Below are positions 8,997-10,016 of a stretch of 10,016 bases of DNA, one piece after another. This DNA comes from Amoeboradix gromovi X-113. Taxonomy: Eukaryota; Fungi; Sanchytriomycota. The position numbers were made by a program, and so were the translations under genes. The notes beneath the pieces are model-generated. The model saw only the letters and a list, made by a program, of their open reading frames with translations. It was not told the origin of the DNA and made no database searches. Every line of letters begins with the position of its first letter. The stretch's first letter is position 1. The stretch spans positions 1 to 10,016 of the forward strand of contig JADGIF010000366.1 in the NCBI GenBank assembly GCA_018985225.1. Direction: 5' to 3'.

Positions 8997-10016
8997 ATGC
9001 TGTACCTGTTAATTATTTCTTTAGAATTGATTTACCATTTGCGAAAAGGAAGAATATCGAGTGTTTAAGCTATTAGAAAAATCTGGAAAAGTCTTGAAAT
9101 GATACAAAAATATATACAAATTCGCGATAAACGATTTATTCGAGAAAATAGTCAAGCTTGAAATGAGTGTTTTTGTTCGTTAAATTAATACACCCGGATT
9201 AATCCTAGATGGATTAGATTAGTGTTATCTCATCAGCCTCAGGCTGGAATGGGTATCAGGAATTAGTCTAAAGTTACATTTCTAACAATTGTCCCATCAT
9301 ATACATCTATTCTAATATTAGTGCAGAAAAACAGGCACTATTGATTAAATTTCCGCTGCCTAGATCCCGCTTGAATACCTTGAGCACTTGTAATGGTAGA
9401 GTAATCTCTATTCTGCTTTCCAAACCAATCTCAGCTTAAAACCAGAACCAAAGCACATAATTCTGAATAACCTTACATAATGATTAATCATTATAGTGAC
9501 CGTGCCCTATTTGTATACACTGATAGCAAATATAGTATCTTGCTCTTATGAACATCGAGAATGGGATGATTAAGCCTTTAACTTACCCAAAATAAATCTT
9601 CCAAACATACCTATTCCATTATATTCTTTACAACTATTAGTGATGCACTTGTTTTTTAGAAGTCTTGAACTTCATTTCAAACGAATTCTCGATCTTTCCG
9701 TTTAATTTTCTTTAGTAATTTTGGAACAATTTTCTCAATTACACTTGTCCAAATTTTACTGCATTGATATTACACTCAGTAGCAGCCAAGTACCGTATTT
9801 GGCTTAATTGCAGATAACTAAGGGTTTCTTCCTATTTTTCTAGTTTTCATGGTTAACCTGACTTCGCCTACGTTAAATGTGAAGCTCTCAAATTACTTCG
9901 AGATCCCACACTCCTTCAGTGTAGACAACTTGGGTAAGTGCCATTTAAGCATATTTTTCCCTACATTAATAAAACAATACCTGGATTAATATCTCTATGA
10001 TCTTCGTGACGACACG

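Larger units (their letters stand above)
8258..9295. mobile_element. ~1.04-kb non-autonomous TIR element (GGGAC...GTCCC) enclosing the Fanzor remnant
   Basis: 8277-8308 matches the reverse complement of 9259-9290 at 27/32. Both ends terminate in GGGAC/GTCCC, and the left end has 14 extra nt. No TSD visible. Confidence 0.65.

Noticed and set aside
8230-10016. CRISPR array, tRNA or snRNA near the TnpB-like remnant
   Set aside because: No regularly spaced repeats, cloverleaf or snRNA consensus is recognisable.

Overview
AT-rich, extremely compact eukaryotic DNA read with the standard code. The proteins look fungal, possibly from a zoosporic lineage (my inference). There are six genes: a CAP-Gly/coiled-coil protein, a MARK/Par-1/Kin1 kinase, ornithine aminotransferase, a Spo7/CNEP1R1-like protein, a queuosine-salvage QNG1 homolog and Bud32/TP53RK. 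Four things stand out. (1) The kinase and OAT frames are restored only by removing GT-AG introns of 19-20 nt, all ending ATTTAG. (2) QNG1 appears to begin with a 5-nt coding exon (ATGAA), followed by a 687-nt intron inflated by a MITE-like insertion whose end sequence recurs inverted at the window start. (3) A frameshifted, 5'-truncated Fanzor2/IS607-TnpB remnant has a hairpin-rich candidate omegaRNA/right end downstream. (4) That remnant is nested in a ~1 kb element with GGGAC...GTCCC terminal inverted repeats.
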